The notes: generated by a model from the sequence alone, not told the origin. DNA of 64,000 nucleotides from Perkinsus chesapeaki ATCC PRA-425 (GCA_013115145.1 JAAPAO010000095.1:1-64000); one strand, 5' to 3'; shown: positions 1-12,843, counted from the stretch's first letter. Made by a program: numbers and translations.

Positions 1-216
1 CACGTTAAGTTGAATACCGTCGTAAATAGCTTAGTTCATAAACCGCAGCGTGGGTCCAAAGACATGTGTGCTTTATCGAGTGGAGTATCGGAACATGTAT
101 CATATGTTAATCGTACTAATACTGCTCGTTCGCTTCTAAGGACTTGTGCGTACCGAGATCCTTGCATATTCCCATATAACCACTTAACAAGTAACGCAAG
201 AATGCAAATAGTCGGT

Positions 217-2090
217 TTAGGAAGCGTTTTCTAGAGGGGACATGCTTTCTTTCATCCACCACCACATGAAGTCCATGCCGAGGAATAAATCTTGTCCTGC
301 TCGGACCTCGTTAACTCGACGTACGACTCCGGGCCATTTGTCAGAGAAATCGTGACCACTTATGATTCCGCCTACATAAGAGAGCTCACCCAATGGGTTT
401 GTGTAAAACGATCACCTTCTCTCAGTTTAGGTAACCACAGCTCTATATCCTCTCGAACACAATCATACTCGTGACAACCATCAATGAACACCTAATGAAT
501 CACTACATCAATCCGAGATACACGGAGGACCACGAACTCGTTGAGCTTACGAAGTCGACACTCCCATCAGGGAATACTTTACTAGCTTCATGGCTCGTAG
601 TCGCCCATAGCTTGGCTCTCTCACCGTACTTCTCATACCGCTCTAGAGTCTGCTCATAGACCATAGCGGGGTCTAGATGTGCAAGCTCTGGAGGGAATGT
701 GCCTGAAGCTTTTCAAGCTCGATGCCTTTCAATTCTCCCTCCTTGTTTCCCACCATCATCGCCATAGTATGGATCGATACCGATGAGCGTAATGTTGGGT
801 AAGGCAGCGAGCACGAAGTCGCTGAAGTGACCGGAGAAGACGCCAACTTCGACAACAGCCAAGTTTGGCCCACGACTATGAGACATTTCCTCCAAGAGGG
901 CGATTGCCTGCTACGCGTGTGATGTAAAGCCAGCCACTTCAGTGCTACTGTGTCCCAGCGCATTCCCAAATCTCGTCTGAAGTGATAAAACGGTAAATCT
1001 TGTGTGAGATTTCTGGCCATCTCTGCGCTGTACATCCACATAAAGTGGTTCGTAGACCAGACCATATGCCGGATGTGATCAGCTGTTTCTCGAGTGATGC
1101 GTTCTGTGTCCGATATAACCTTACACGTGCGGAAATGAGGCTCAGCAGATCGCCTTGCCACCATACTCCTTGTACCTTATATGGATCTGGTGTGAGGTTG
1201 CCAAGGTAAGCTTCGAATGTTTGACGAAGGTTGTTGATGTACATTCCAGCAGGAGTTTCACCATATCCTTCAAAGATTCGAAGTGCTGGCGTACCGACGT
1301 GTTTGCGAAGCCTAATTAAAACGCTGAGAGAAAATAAGAAAATAAGAAAATAAGAAAATAAGGGTCAGCCAATAGGTGAATTATTCACCGTGAATGAGCA
1401 GCCATCTGGTTCTATATTCTGGAGGCTCAGGGTCGCCACCGAGAAGATGATTTCGGGATGCATCAAGGAGCTACTAGGAAACTGCATTGGGAGAAGTCCG
1501 ATAAGAAGCTACTTATCAGCATCACCCACGCGGAAGGAAACCGGTTTAGGAATGATTCATTCTTCTCATAAGCTTACACTTCAACATCGGGGCAATCTTG
1601 GGGACTGGAATCTTCCATTCCATCTAAGCACTGTACAACGTAGCTATAACCAGCTTGAAGTGTATCAAAGGCAAGCTCATTGAGCAGTTTACAGGCGACC
1701 ATTGGTACTCCATCGAAAGTGCCTGATGATTTAATGGACAGCGCAACTATCATCGTTGTCAGACAGCGGCGCATCCTGCCCATCCGTGTACAGAGGTTGT
1801 TCTGGTATCAAACAGTTCTATACTGGATAGGAAGGTTTATTCTCTCTTAAACCCAAGCAACTAAACTATCGTACGGGGCGACTCGGTCTAATGTATTGAA
1901 CTAACTTACTGCATGTTATTTGAGTCTCATTAACATACTGGAAACTGTCCTTCAGCAAAGGAGCATTTAACAGCTCCGACACACGATCCACACACTGCGG
2001 AAGCTCTGGTCCAGAACAGGATTCTTCAGAGTGCGCACCGAAAACATAGAGAGCTAATAGTGACAAGACGAATGAACGGGCGCTGGACAT
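217..2090 (-). CDS. Multi-exon class I SAM-dependent methyltransferase (Methyltransf_24-like) with N-terminal signal peptide
   Basis: Hand-spliced exons give MSSARSFVLSLLALYVFGAHSEE (signal-like) ... LAVVEVGVFSGHFS (motif I) ... FPDGSVDF|VFIDGCHEYDCVREDIELWLPKLRE|GGIISGHDF ... ENAS* (TAA 217-219). Linkage of the 5' exons is inferred. Confidence 0.75.
1329..1360 (+). repeat. (AGAAAATA)x4 tandem repeat in a methyltransferase intron
   Basis: Read directly; it forms a pyrimidine tract on the - strand just before an AG acceptor. Confidence 0.9.
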
Positions 2091-2279
2091 TTCAATAGGA
2101 CTTAACCTATTCAAATGAGCTCGAGCTGGAAGAAGGGAACAACGCGAACGATCAATTTGATGGTGCTGCTTTGACGGACTTACCGACGCCGAACGATACC
2201 TTGGAAAATGCGGGGTGTTAATTAACAACAAGTCAGCAGCAACCGTGAATGAAACACTAGAATTAAAGAAGTATCATGA

Positions 2280-4744
2280 TTAGGCAGCCGCTGCATCGTT
2301 CTTCTTGGCATCAACGCCAATAGCTTCGGTGATGCTGCTGTAGCCATCCCTCCGAAGTAACTCTATTAGCCCATTATGGATATCCCGGAATATCCAAGGC
2401 CCTTCATATATCATACCAGTGTAGATCTGATGGAGCATGATAATAATAGCATGAGCGATGCCGAGGCTCTTACCTGCACTAATGAAGCCCCACTTCTTAT
2501 CAGCTTGTAGGCATCATCGGCTGTGAACACGCCACCACACCCTATTATGGGCACCTATAAGGGAACGAGTCACTTCCTCAAATTCCCTGTTTGTCAGCAC
2601 CTTCCCCTCAGTTTCCTTGTATACATGCCGCACTAAACTGATAGCTCGTTTACGTATTGGCCTACCACTAATGCCACCTTTTTGATGGTGCATACTGTCA
2701 CCAATAGACCTTCAATCGAAAGTATCTTACGTCTCGAGGGATCTAGGGTTACTTATCAAGGCCCAGGTCATCGCCTCTATCGGGCACTGTGTTCGTCATC
2801 ACAAACCCATCCACGCCAAGTTCTAAGGCTTTCTTCACTAATGCAGAAACACCTTTATAATACCTATGGAGAGATAACCAACAAGCCAGCAGCAACAGCA
2901 TCTCAATATAATAGGATCGATACCAACGCGTTAGCGGCGGAGGCGATGGCCTTCGCGGCGTATCCTTACTTATCATCTGCGTCGGCTGGAGGAGGGCTCA
3001 GCTTCACTAGTATGGCTTTGTCGGGACAGTCATCCCGTCTCCTAGCTATCAAAGCTTTAAGCAAGGCTTCGAGGGCCTACCACTCCACATGAGGACCAGT
3101 CGGTCGCTGTCCAAGTGTGATCTCTACCTGCAAGTCTTCGAATGTCTTTCCTTCCGCTGTATTCGGGCAGCTTATATTGACGTTGATGTAGGCAGCATAA
3201 GGCGACACCTCATCGAACGTGGCTACCATATCAGCTACTGCCGCTTCATTCTCGATATTTGGCGCTGACAACGACAGCAGCATGCCTGGCATAGCAGGTG
3301 AACTAGGATGATGACCCTTACATGGAGTCTTAGTGATGTTCACTCCTATTGGGGTTCCTCCACCATTCACCAGCCTATTGAATTTACCCAACTTCTCACC
3401 CATCGCTGCGGCCCCTCTGAGGAAACCAATGATACAATAGGAACGACCAAGCCATCACAGAGTTGAAGTACCGCCACCAAAGACCAAGCAGCTTACTTAT
3501 TATTGAGGCCCATACGATTGATGATGCCCTGGTCTCTGGTTAGACGGAACAGACGAGGGCGTGGATTGCCCGGCCAAGGCTCCTTCGATACCGAACCGAT
3601 CTGTCTAGAACTGCTACTAGTATTGCTGTGAGGTACCGCTTACCTCAGCAAAACCGTTTCCCAAAAAGTCCGAAGAGAACAAGTGAAGGAGGTCACCATT
3701 CTTGTCAAAACCAGCAGCGATGCCCTGAGGTGAGTCCCCTGGAAGCATTAAAGCTATTAAGACCTACCACTGGTCGAGGGAACTCAACTCCAAAAAGGCA
3801 CTGTCTCAGAGGGTCGGTGCTGTCTGATCCCACAGGAGCTTCCGCGATAGCAGGCTTTCGGGTATCACCATCCAGTAGCAGTGTTCCGAGCCGTTCTATC
3901 ATTCGTTCTCGATATACCTTGAAGAAGAGGCGTGAACAGCACTGCCGCCGCCCTCCTCTTCATCTGCAGAGTCCTTTGGAATCGCATAAGTCAACCCATG
4001 AGTGCCGGGTTGGTGATGCTATCACAGCAGCAGCAGCTGGACGGTGATATAACATATGGTGGTGAAGAAGGATAGGACGTGTAATGTCGAATAGCTTATA
4101 ACAATGGCATTAGGGATATTAGTATAAGAACCGGATAAATGCACAAATCGGCATGCTCAGCAGCAGCCGCCGCCAAGGGACTGTATTTAGTTCCTGTACA
4201 TCGGCAATAATTATACAACGGCTTCTCCTGCTGCCGTATTATACTATATAATAATACAGTTATTAGGTTCATTATTATTATAATTGTATTACACTCTGTA
4301 CCGTATAATGAGTACATCCATCGGCTACTTTCCGAACAGTAACTTCCAAGATACTACCGACCTTACATTAAAGCAATGCCACCATCGATTCACGAAGAAC
4401 ACAATCCTTCCAAATACAGCTCCACTGGCTACAGCTATACCATGCGCCACTTCAGGGTCACTAGCAGTGAGCGGGAAGAGTACAGGTCTAAGTCCACAGC
4501 CGCATCATCGCCTCTACCATTTGCCTTCCCCCCTTTACTACACTAATATCTGTTTATATATCCTAGTACCCCAGCACACCCTCGGTGATGGGCTGCGGCT
4601 GCTGTCAGAAGCAGCAGCAGCCTTATGCATATCCCCAAGCACCTTGACCTCGCGAGCTGCTAATACGTAATAAGCCGCTGCGCCAGTGAGCGCTGTGAAC
4701 CCAACAACGTTACGGATTCTGTTACGGAGTGTCTGAATCGACAT
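2280..4744 (-). CDS. DHODH: Dihydroorotate dehydrogenase, class 2 architecture (basic N-terminus plus membrane anchor), multi-exon
   Basis: Exons encode [94 protein letters not shown]; stop TAA 2280-2282. Confidence 0.93.
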
Positions 4745-5097
4745 TACAGAAATCCAAGGCCCCTCCTCTCAGTCGGCTGTCGAATTAAGCACTTTAACGC
4801 AAGTCTTTAACCATCTAAGAGTGTTAACAGAATTATACCAGGGCTGCTACTGATGCTGCTATTGTTGTCGTTGTTGTCTTTGTCGCCATCATCACCATAA
4901 ACAACTTCGTACTGTCAATAAGGAATGATGATGTAGTACAATTATAATGATACATTAAACATGAAGATGGCGGCGCAGGTGAAGGAAAATAGTAAGGATT
5001 GATGAAGGTAGACACCATTAATAGGGAGTAAGACTGGCACAGGATGACAACTAGGATGACGGCGAACTACTATTTACAACAACCAGTAGTGATCGCA

Positions 5098-7587
5098 TTA
5101 CAGACTTTGCCGAAATGATCCTTCCTCCTTCATCCCCATATCCTCATGTACACTCGGGATCGGCAGCTTCACCTCCTCCCGGCCCCCAGCCGATGTTGCC
5201 GAAGTTGAAGTGTTACACTCATCTGCTGCTGCATTGCCTCCGCCACTAGTATCACTACTCTCCAAACCACCGCTGCAGCTATACACGCTCCAATCCGCCT
5301 TGGCTTCATCCACAAACTCATGAGACAGTTCCACAATAGACCTTCGCTCCGCTTCGCTCAATCCCGATCGAGAAACATCTATCTCCTGTGGCGGTGGAGA
5401 CATCATATCCGGGCTACCTATCTCTCCATAAATGTCGAGGGTTGCCCGACAGATCGTTGGCCCCTCTGTGCCGTGGAAATAAACGAATAGCTGCCAAACT
5501 CTGTCATTGACAGCAATAAAGTGATGTCGAACTTTACAGTTCTTCCTGCCTTTCACCATCGCCACCAGCCTAGAGTTGTCTATTGGCCCTGGATCATCTG
5601 ACGTATCAGCCAAGCTAGGTCCATCCAAATAAGACTTCTTAATATAACTCTTCCATCTATTAACCCAAACCGCATCAACCATACACCAGTACTCCCCATC
5701 CCCTATCTCCTTCGTATCATACTTCGTCACTAACCGCTGCTCCTCCGCCCTTCTATTAAGATACGCCCTAACATAGGCGCTGCATTTCCCACAAGGCTCC
5801 AAGGTGCTCAGCAACGGCCCTCCTCCATATAGTGTCTTAAACCTCTTACCAAACTCCAACGGTATCCTAATATATCTTTCCTCTGCATCCTCCTTATCAA
5901 CTTCCGTTACACATTTATGTGGGCACACCATAGTGTAGGTGCTAATGGGCCCGGGATGACTCATATAACGCAATTTCACCGACCATTGCCTCGGTACGTA
6001 CACCATCGGTGCTGGTGTGTCCCCAGGCAGTCGGCCAGCCTGCACTGCACTCTGGAGCTCCGCTACTATATTGACTCTGGATGGACTGGCCACCTTCTGA
6101 TAAAACAGAACATATGCTTCCAAACTGGCAACATATGCTGAATCAACCTTCGTCACTTTAGCATCATCATACTCCATCCATTCGTTGGTCTCCTCATGAC
6201 GGCAATAGGCCACATAATGACCCGAGCCCACCGAGCCCATATGCCTTATCAGCCCTATTAGGCGATACGTTGTGGTTTGGTTACCAACTCCTCCAACTAT
6301 CTCGCTTCTATTAGCCACAGCTGATGCCGAGTCCATGTGCATAAACTGCGCAATGTTCAGCTCCTCATCAACAGGGAACGTGACCGCCCTAGAGTTCTTC
6401 TGGCCAAACCAGCCATCATCATATCGGAACCGATTGAGATGGAGCACCAGAGTCTCCGGTGTCGAATAGAATCGTATGAATTTTCTGCCGTCACATTTCT
6501 TCTTACAACAATCACAATGGTACTGCTCGCTGCCACTGAGCTCCTCATCTTGACAGAATGTCGCCAAACAATCATATAACGATATTTTGGCATCACCAAG
6601 ATAGGCCCTGGCAGAGCTCATCCAACCCCATATCCCCCCGCACACCTTCGTTGACGGGTTCGTGCCCAGCGACCCGCCAGATATCTTACTGAAATCCACC
6701 GGGGCGCTCGGTATCGGCAATGAGACATCATAAGCAGGTTCGATTGTAGTACTAGTGTTATTACAGTGCAAGCATCTTACAGTGCTTATAAGCCTCCCAA
6801 GAAAGGTCTCGCTAACAGGGCTGGACCAAGCGGTCTCTTCGGCCAGTTTCTCAACAGAAGGCGGTGGGCTATGATTAGCAGTGCTCGATTGATCACTAAA
6901 TTCCGACCCCGCCGCAGCCTCCGATGCCACGCTAGAATACGCGTTTGGCGAGGGCAACTCTTCTGGCATGTGCACCGAAAGATATGCTTCCGGATACTTA
7001 GGGACTTTCCGTCGAAGCTCCTCGTCCATAGCGTCCAACACGCATCGGAGGAACTCCTGGGTGTCTTGCTGATGATAGCCTTGAAACATCGGGTTCAACG
7101 CCTGCACAGCCTTCAGCATCGCTTCTGGGTTGTAGGCATCAGATGACGGCACCGCCCCCTCCGGAGAATCATTACTTCCCCATTGTTCCTCCATAATAGT
7201 TCGACAGGCCTCCACCAGCTGCCTCGCTGGTGATAAGGTTTGACCATGGCTGACCTTGGGTGGCGGCATGTTCCTTAGAGCCTTCTGGAAGGGCCCAGTA
7301 TGAACTAGACATTGCAGAGCTGCGTTCATAAAGCAGGTATTACCCAGATTAAAGAAACCTCTAGTAGCCCTCATTCCCCCCGTAGCACTTGTACCAGTTG
7401 TAACACTCCTACTGACAGCCCCGCCTTCTAGTGGTGGTGGGGGGGCAGCAGCAAAGTCAACTTGCGGTGCTGGTCGAGCAACGGTACTCCTCCCTCCATT
7501 GAGAGAGCCAGGCTGTTGATGATGATGTTGTTGGTGTACTTCAGAATCCTGGTGATCTCGTGATGATGATAATGATGATATTGACAT
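5098..7587 (-). CDS. Ubiquitin-specific protease (C19), USP20/33-like, with C-terminal DUSP-like domains; one long ORF
   Basis: GFFNLGNTCFMNAALQCL (Cys box), QQDTQEFL, LVLHLNRF, GHYVAY...W..YDD (His box), WCMVDAVWVNRW...PGPIDNS (DUSP). Start is 7587 or 7665. Confidence 0.92.
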   Translation of the reverse strand: MSISSLSSSRDHQDSEVHQQHHHQQPGSLNGGRSTVARPAPQVDFAAAPPPPLEGGAVSRSVTTGTSATGGMRATRGFFNLGNTCFMNAALQCLVHTGPFQKALRNMPPPKVSHGQTLSPARQLVEACRTIMEEQWGSNDSPEGAVPSSDAYNPEAMLKAVQALNPMFQGYHQQDTQEFLRCVLDAMDEELRRKVPKYPEAYLSVHMPEELPSPNAYSSVASEAAAGSEFSDQSSTANHSPPPSVEKLAEETAWSSPVSETFLGRLISTVRCLHCNNTSTTIEPAYDVSLPIPSAPVDFSKISGGSLGTNPSTKVCGGIWGWMSSARAYLGDAKISLYDCLATFCQDEELSGSEQYHCDCCKKKCDGRKFIRFYSTPETLVLHLNRFRYDDGWFGQKNSRAVTFPVDEELNIAQFMHMDSASAVANRSEIVGGVGNQTTTYRLIGLIRHMGSVGSGHYVAYCRHEETNEWMEYDDAKVTKVDSAYVASLEAYVLFYQKVASPSRVNIVAELQSAVQAGRLPGDTPAPMVYVPRQWSVKLRYMSHPGPISTYTMVCPHKCVTEVDKEDAEERYIRIPLEFGKRFKTLYGGGPLLSTLEPCGKCSAYVRAYLNRRAEEQRLVTKYDTKEIGDGEYWCMVDAVWVNRWKSYIKKSYLDGPSLADTSDDPGPIDNSRLVAMVKGRKNCKVRHHFIAVNDRVWQLFVYFHGTEGPTICRATLDIYGEIGSPDMMSPPPQEIDVSRSGLSEAERRSIVELSHEFVDEAKADWSVYSCSGGLESSDTSGGGNAAADECNTSTSATSAGGREEVKLPIPSVHEDMGMKEEGSFRQSL

Positions 7588-7949
7588 TACAAAAAACAGC
7601 CACTGAAAAGCCCGCCCAAGTTGCCCCAAAATAACCACGTTCCTTATTATGCATTTTACACCCACACTTGACCGAGGTAGGTCACCCTGCCATCAAGTGT
7701 ATACCTCAGGCCATACGCTCCTCTAGCACCACTACCACGATACCGCGCAAAATCACAGTATTACCGCGCGCCACGAAATTACGCGCTCGCCCAGTTATGT
7801 ATAATGGCCCGGGGATCGTGGTTGACAACTACTCAACAAGACGGTTTGAGTGAAACGTGGGGGGACATCAGAAACGATGGCAGGCTGATGATAATTAAGC
7901 CTCATGATAGAAGCGAGGTTTCTTAATAACACCAAATAGAGGCGGACGC

Positions 7950-10900
7950 TCAGATCTCTCGAAGCCTTCCACGACATCTCCCTCCTCTAGGTCGTCATAC
8001 TCCTCGAATAGGATACCTGTCACACGCTGGCAGCAGGGGTGAGCAGTTTCAGTAACTTACCGGCTTCCTGACCCTTAGGCACTTGCTTGACAGTCATTCT
8101 ATCAACTGTTATGCTACGCAATTTCAACTGGCAAGGGCAATACTGGACACTATCACCAACAGAGACTTACTCCTTCCCTGACAACTTCAACTCGGGAAGA
8201 GTCTCCACCGACCTTCCTCAGTATGTTATAGCTTATCTTGTCCCCTGTAGTGGCCACACCATCTCGAAGGGTAGCTCTACCAATGGTCCGTGTTCCCTCA
8301 CCCTTGATGAAGAATCTGTTCACTTAAAATGCGGTAAGTTCGGGTCTAAAACCTACGGCGCAGGTTTGCCCAGATTGAGCCGACACACGCGTGTGTAGAC
8401 CTCTCGAGGACCATAATGGAAGTCATAGATATCCTCCACGTCTTGGAACAGCCTGAGTTGCATATCGTCCCGGCGGATGGCAAGGGCAGCACCATCTCAC
8501 CTATATATGATTTCACTGTGGCGTAGGACCAGGTCAGCCGATCGCATCCGGTCCACTATGGCTTGCTTAGGAGGCTCTTGGAAGCTCAATATCTACGGAC
8601 ATAATAATTTGGCGAGTGATGCGATGAAGCTACAAATGAAGCTGTTTGTTTGGCAAAGTCGACATCATGGTCAGTGGGCTGTCCAACACTAGACGCTGCT
8701 ATATAAAAGGATTGGGAGTGGGCATACCTGAAGGAAGCAGGTCAGCAGTGGAGGAGGAGGAGCAACGATGAGTGGTTAAAAAGAGCATCATCCACGTGTT
8801 CTACAAAGCCTAAGATCATATCTCAACACCGTGAGCGCTTTTTGACCTGCCGCAGTAATGACGACATGTGGAGTATGCAACTACCCCACTGCAGACACTT
8901 TTCCCTTACTCTTCAAGCCAGCTACGAAGGACCTTCAGTTGACCTTCTGATGCCGCCTTGAGTATGAGCCCAACCTGTCTGTCCGTACCCTCCACCATCC
9001 TCTGTATCTGTTCCTCGTCCCTGAATAACCAACACCAGCTCCCTCACACAGCTGTCCCAGCAGCAGCAGCAGCATTCAGCCCACTCGTTCTCCTTTAGGC
9101 CCATATAAGTATCCTTCTCTCTCCACTCATCTATCTTCTTCTGCATAGTCGGATCATTACGAGATAACACCTTCTTAATATGCCTGATCACTCCAACTTG
9201 CCGCCGCCCAACACTTCAGGCTCACTTCCCAGCAGCCCGTTCGCCTTGGTCTTGCGGTGTTGTGTGGAGCTCCTCCTGCATCCTAGCCAACCTCGCTGTC
9301 TTTGCTATCTCTTCAGCCACTCGCTGGTTCGGATGAGCTTGCCTAAGCATCACACTTACCCTTCGCCATGCCTATCCTCAAGCTCACAGTAAGTCTCCAG
9401 CACTGCCCACTATGCCGCCGTGCTTAGCACTAGTAATGGTCCAAACGACAGATACGTCAACAGCATCAGAAGGCACCGCTTCATCGAGATCGCCTAAGGA
9501 GTGGTAGCCATCATCAACGGTTTACCGGACCAACGCATTCTCGTTTTGCATTCCAACTAGCATCCTATCGTATCGCACGCCCTTCTTAGAGCCGAACTTG
9601 GATACTCTAATGTTATAGGAGCATTTCCCGTCTCAAAGTCAATCCGCACTCTGCTACGTATCGGATCAACTCCCTTCATGTGCCCGCCCGGGTCCACTGA
9701 TGTGAATGTGTACCCCCACGAAAGATGGATGCTGCTGCTGACCTTCAGTAGGATATGTCTCCCTTCCTGCATGCCAGATAGTTCTCACTCGTCCAGCATG
9801 CTCCCCGATGGTTATCCAATCACCAACATGCAGCGCACCATCTCGCATCTAACCAAAATCACGACTCACCGCCGAACCACACAACCATGATAGCCTACCA
9901 CTAGATTCAGAATTCTCCCTTGTCGATGATGTATCCTAGACTCCAAGATGAAGGCCTTCGCCGGCATACTCTGCCACACAACTGCCACCGACGCCGTACA
10001 AACTCCAGTGGACTTACCCTATCAAACTCAAGAGCAGTCTCATCCTTCTCATCGATGACCGATGCCTCCAGCAGCATGGCCTCCTCCAGGTCCACCAACC
10101 CCTCCTCCTTGGGCGCACATATCGGTATCACCTGACCAGAACACGGTTAAACCCTCATACAGCGCCGTGTCCAACTTACTTGTACGTTCCCTCCGAGGTT
10201 CTCACTGACAAGTCCTAGCTGCTCCCTAAGCTCCTTCTCCAACATTTGCACTCGATTATCTTCCGCCTGAGATTCATACAGTATGCGTACACAGAAGCTC
10301 CTCAATGGCCACCTTATCGATCTTAGAAATGGCCACGATGATCGGGCATCCGGCAACCCTGGCATGTTGGACTGCTTCGACAGTCTGCTGTCTAATACCA
10401 TCATCTGCCGCCACCAGCAGAACCTGCCATCACCGCCTGCCCGGCCAGGGTTCCATTGGACTTGTCCTTACCACAATATCGGTGACATTAGCCCCTCTCT
10501 CCCGCATAGACGAGAAGGCTGCATGCCCTGGGGTATCGATGAAGGTGATCCTCTCGGCCGTAGCTGGCCCAACCATAGTGAATGCTCCGACCTAAGCCAA
10601 AGGGGGAGACTTTCTCGGGCCTTCCTGCGGTAGACAAAGACACTACTCTCTGAGTGATGCCGCCCGCCTCGCCAGCTGCAACGTTGCTCTTCCGTAGGGC
10701 ATCCAAAAGTGTTGTCTTACCGTGGTCCTGGGAGGAGGCCATCAAAAAGGGCATTTGAGAGAGTGGTTCACTTACAACATGGCCCATTACTGTCACCACT
10801 GGTGGCCTAACACGCCCTTCAGCTCGTCGGAGATGTTGCTTTAGGCTTCGACGAGTAAGCTCTTGACCTACCAAAGACAACTGTAGACAACACTACTTAC

Positions 10901-12843
10901 ACTCTCGAATTGCGGCCTATCTGCCTCCCTACAGACTACCGAAAGGATACACCGGAGGACATTGTAAGAAATCCCAGAAGGAACATAACAAGTACGATAC
11001 AGCGCGTTTAGCGCCGCCACTGTCAAGCTATCAAAGCTATCAAAGCAGGTAAAGCAGGCGTGCATTCACTTGGCGTGTATGACCGCCTACTTATAGCCTC
11101 CGCCATCTCATCGGGATACCTAGCACGAGGCAGCAGTAGGTAGTCATCTCTTAGTAGATCGGCAACATCTTCAACCTACCACCATACACCATCCATGTCC
11201 ACCAACAATCTATATCCTTACCTCCTCTACAGGTACCCTTAGTAGTTCAGCCAGCTCAGCCTTGGAGTAGCCTTGGACATCTAGATCACCGCGGCCTCCA
11301 GTAGACCGTGTCCTCTTGTCATGGAACACAGACATGTCCAACACAAACCGCTGCCGCTGCTCCTGTCTAGGCTGGTACCTAACAAAAACTGAACAGTGCC
11401 AACTTCGGAGGGAAACGGTACGGTATTGCAGCCCCGGCCTCGGCCAGCTTATCCTCCATCTCAGCAGTCTCCGCCGCCTCCATAGCCTCTACACTGGCTT
11501 CATCATCATGGGCTCCTCGACGCTTCTCCAGTGCTTTCTTTACTTGTTCTTGTAACTAGCAAATACCCCTATACTCAACTAGAATAGATAGCATGTCCTG
11601 TCAGGGCCCGAGGCAATAGGGGCGGATAAGGCAGAGCTGGGGAATGGACATCTACACTGACAAGGCTCCTCATAAGTTCAAGAATGCTCTCTGAGATATA
11701 TTCCTATCTGAGCAAGCTACTTTTCTTATCAATCTGGGTAAGTTAGAGAGATCCTCAATCAGCAGTGGTCCTTACCTTCTGCTCCATAGCACGAACCTTA
11801 GACTCCTTATGCTCCATAATCTCAATGTGGCTCTGGTACCTAAACAAGGTCGATGATAAATAGCTAGTCTACCAACGTCCATCGAGCAACACATCATCAT
11901 GATGAACAACTCTCTAAGATATATGACCACCCTGATGGGTTGACAATGAACAATGAGAATACTAAGTAGTACTATACAGCTACACTTAGGTACTAGTAGG
12001 TACATCTCCCCTATGTACGATGATCGAGCTATAAGAGCTCATCTTAGAGGCTGACGGCAAGATTTCACAAGATCACCAGTCGCTAAAGATATGTTGCGCA
12101 CTGTGTAGGATACGCGACAGGGAAAGATGACTGGAACGAGCCTGTTGATGAGACTAACATTGGCCCTACTTGCCAGCCACTCCCCATTCCTGTAGCTTGT
12201 CCGCTAATGCCCCATAGGTATCATGACTGAGACAATAGAGAGATAGAGCTAGTTATACTCGATACTCCTACTTGAAGACAAACTGGCTGATCACATCCGG
12301 GTCCTTTAAGTGCCTATCAAATGCATTGAGGTCGAGGGTCGTATTAGACAGGCGGCTCTTATACACACGCTCCACTGCCGCTGAACAATACAGCTCTACA
12401 GGTAAAGAAGAAGAATGAGCTGCTACCAGGTGGCATTGTTGCCAATGAGCGGAGGTCATAGTATCTTGATGGTGACCTGCGTACCTCCCCCTCAGGGGGA
12501 TTGATAGCAATATAATGCTGCTCCATGGCCTTGGATGCCAACACCCAACTCAGCTCGGCTGACAGAGGAATCATCCCTCCCACGCAACTTTATCTTACTC
12601 CGTTTCTCCGGATCCTGCCGACAAAGCCTCAACAGTCTATTAAAGCACTGAACAACAAGATACTTCAACTCCACTTCCACCCATCAATTCACCCTACCTC
12701 TTCCGCGTCCACTATCGATGTCCCCTCAAGCTCCTTATTGGCCTCTATATTATCCTTCCTACTAAAGTAGGTAAGATCCTCTCCGTAATGCCCTCGACCT
12801 GATAAAGGCGCTCTATTAATACTACCGGCTTCAATCTAGCCAT
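7950..12843 (-). CDS. MTIF2: Bacterial-type (organellar) translation initiation factor IF2 with long N-terminal extension; many exons, 5' linkage uncertain
   Basis: [11 protein letters not shown]|[52 protein letters not shown]; C-terminal [10 protein letters not shown]|[12 protein letters not shown]; IF2_N-like [15 protein letters not shown]|VEDVADLL near 11150-11290; candidate ATG 12843 ([13 protein letters not shown]). Confidence 0.8.

Noticed and set aside
5917-7146. Numerous short ORFs antisense to long genes (also in the RAP, GT2 and Piezo regions)
   Set aside because: These are shadow frames of well-supported genes with no independent motifs.
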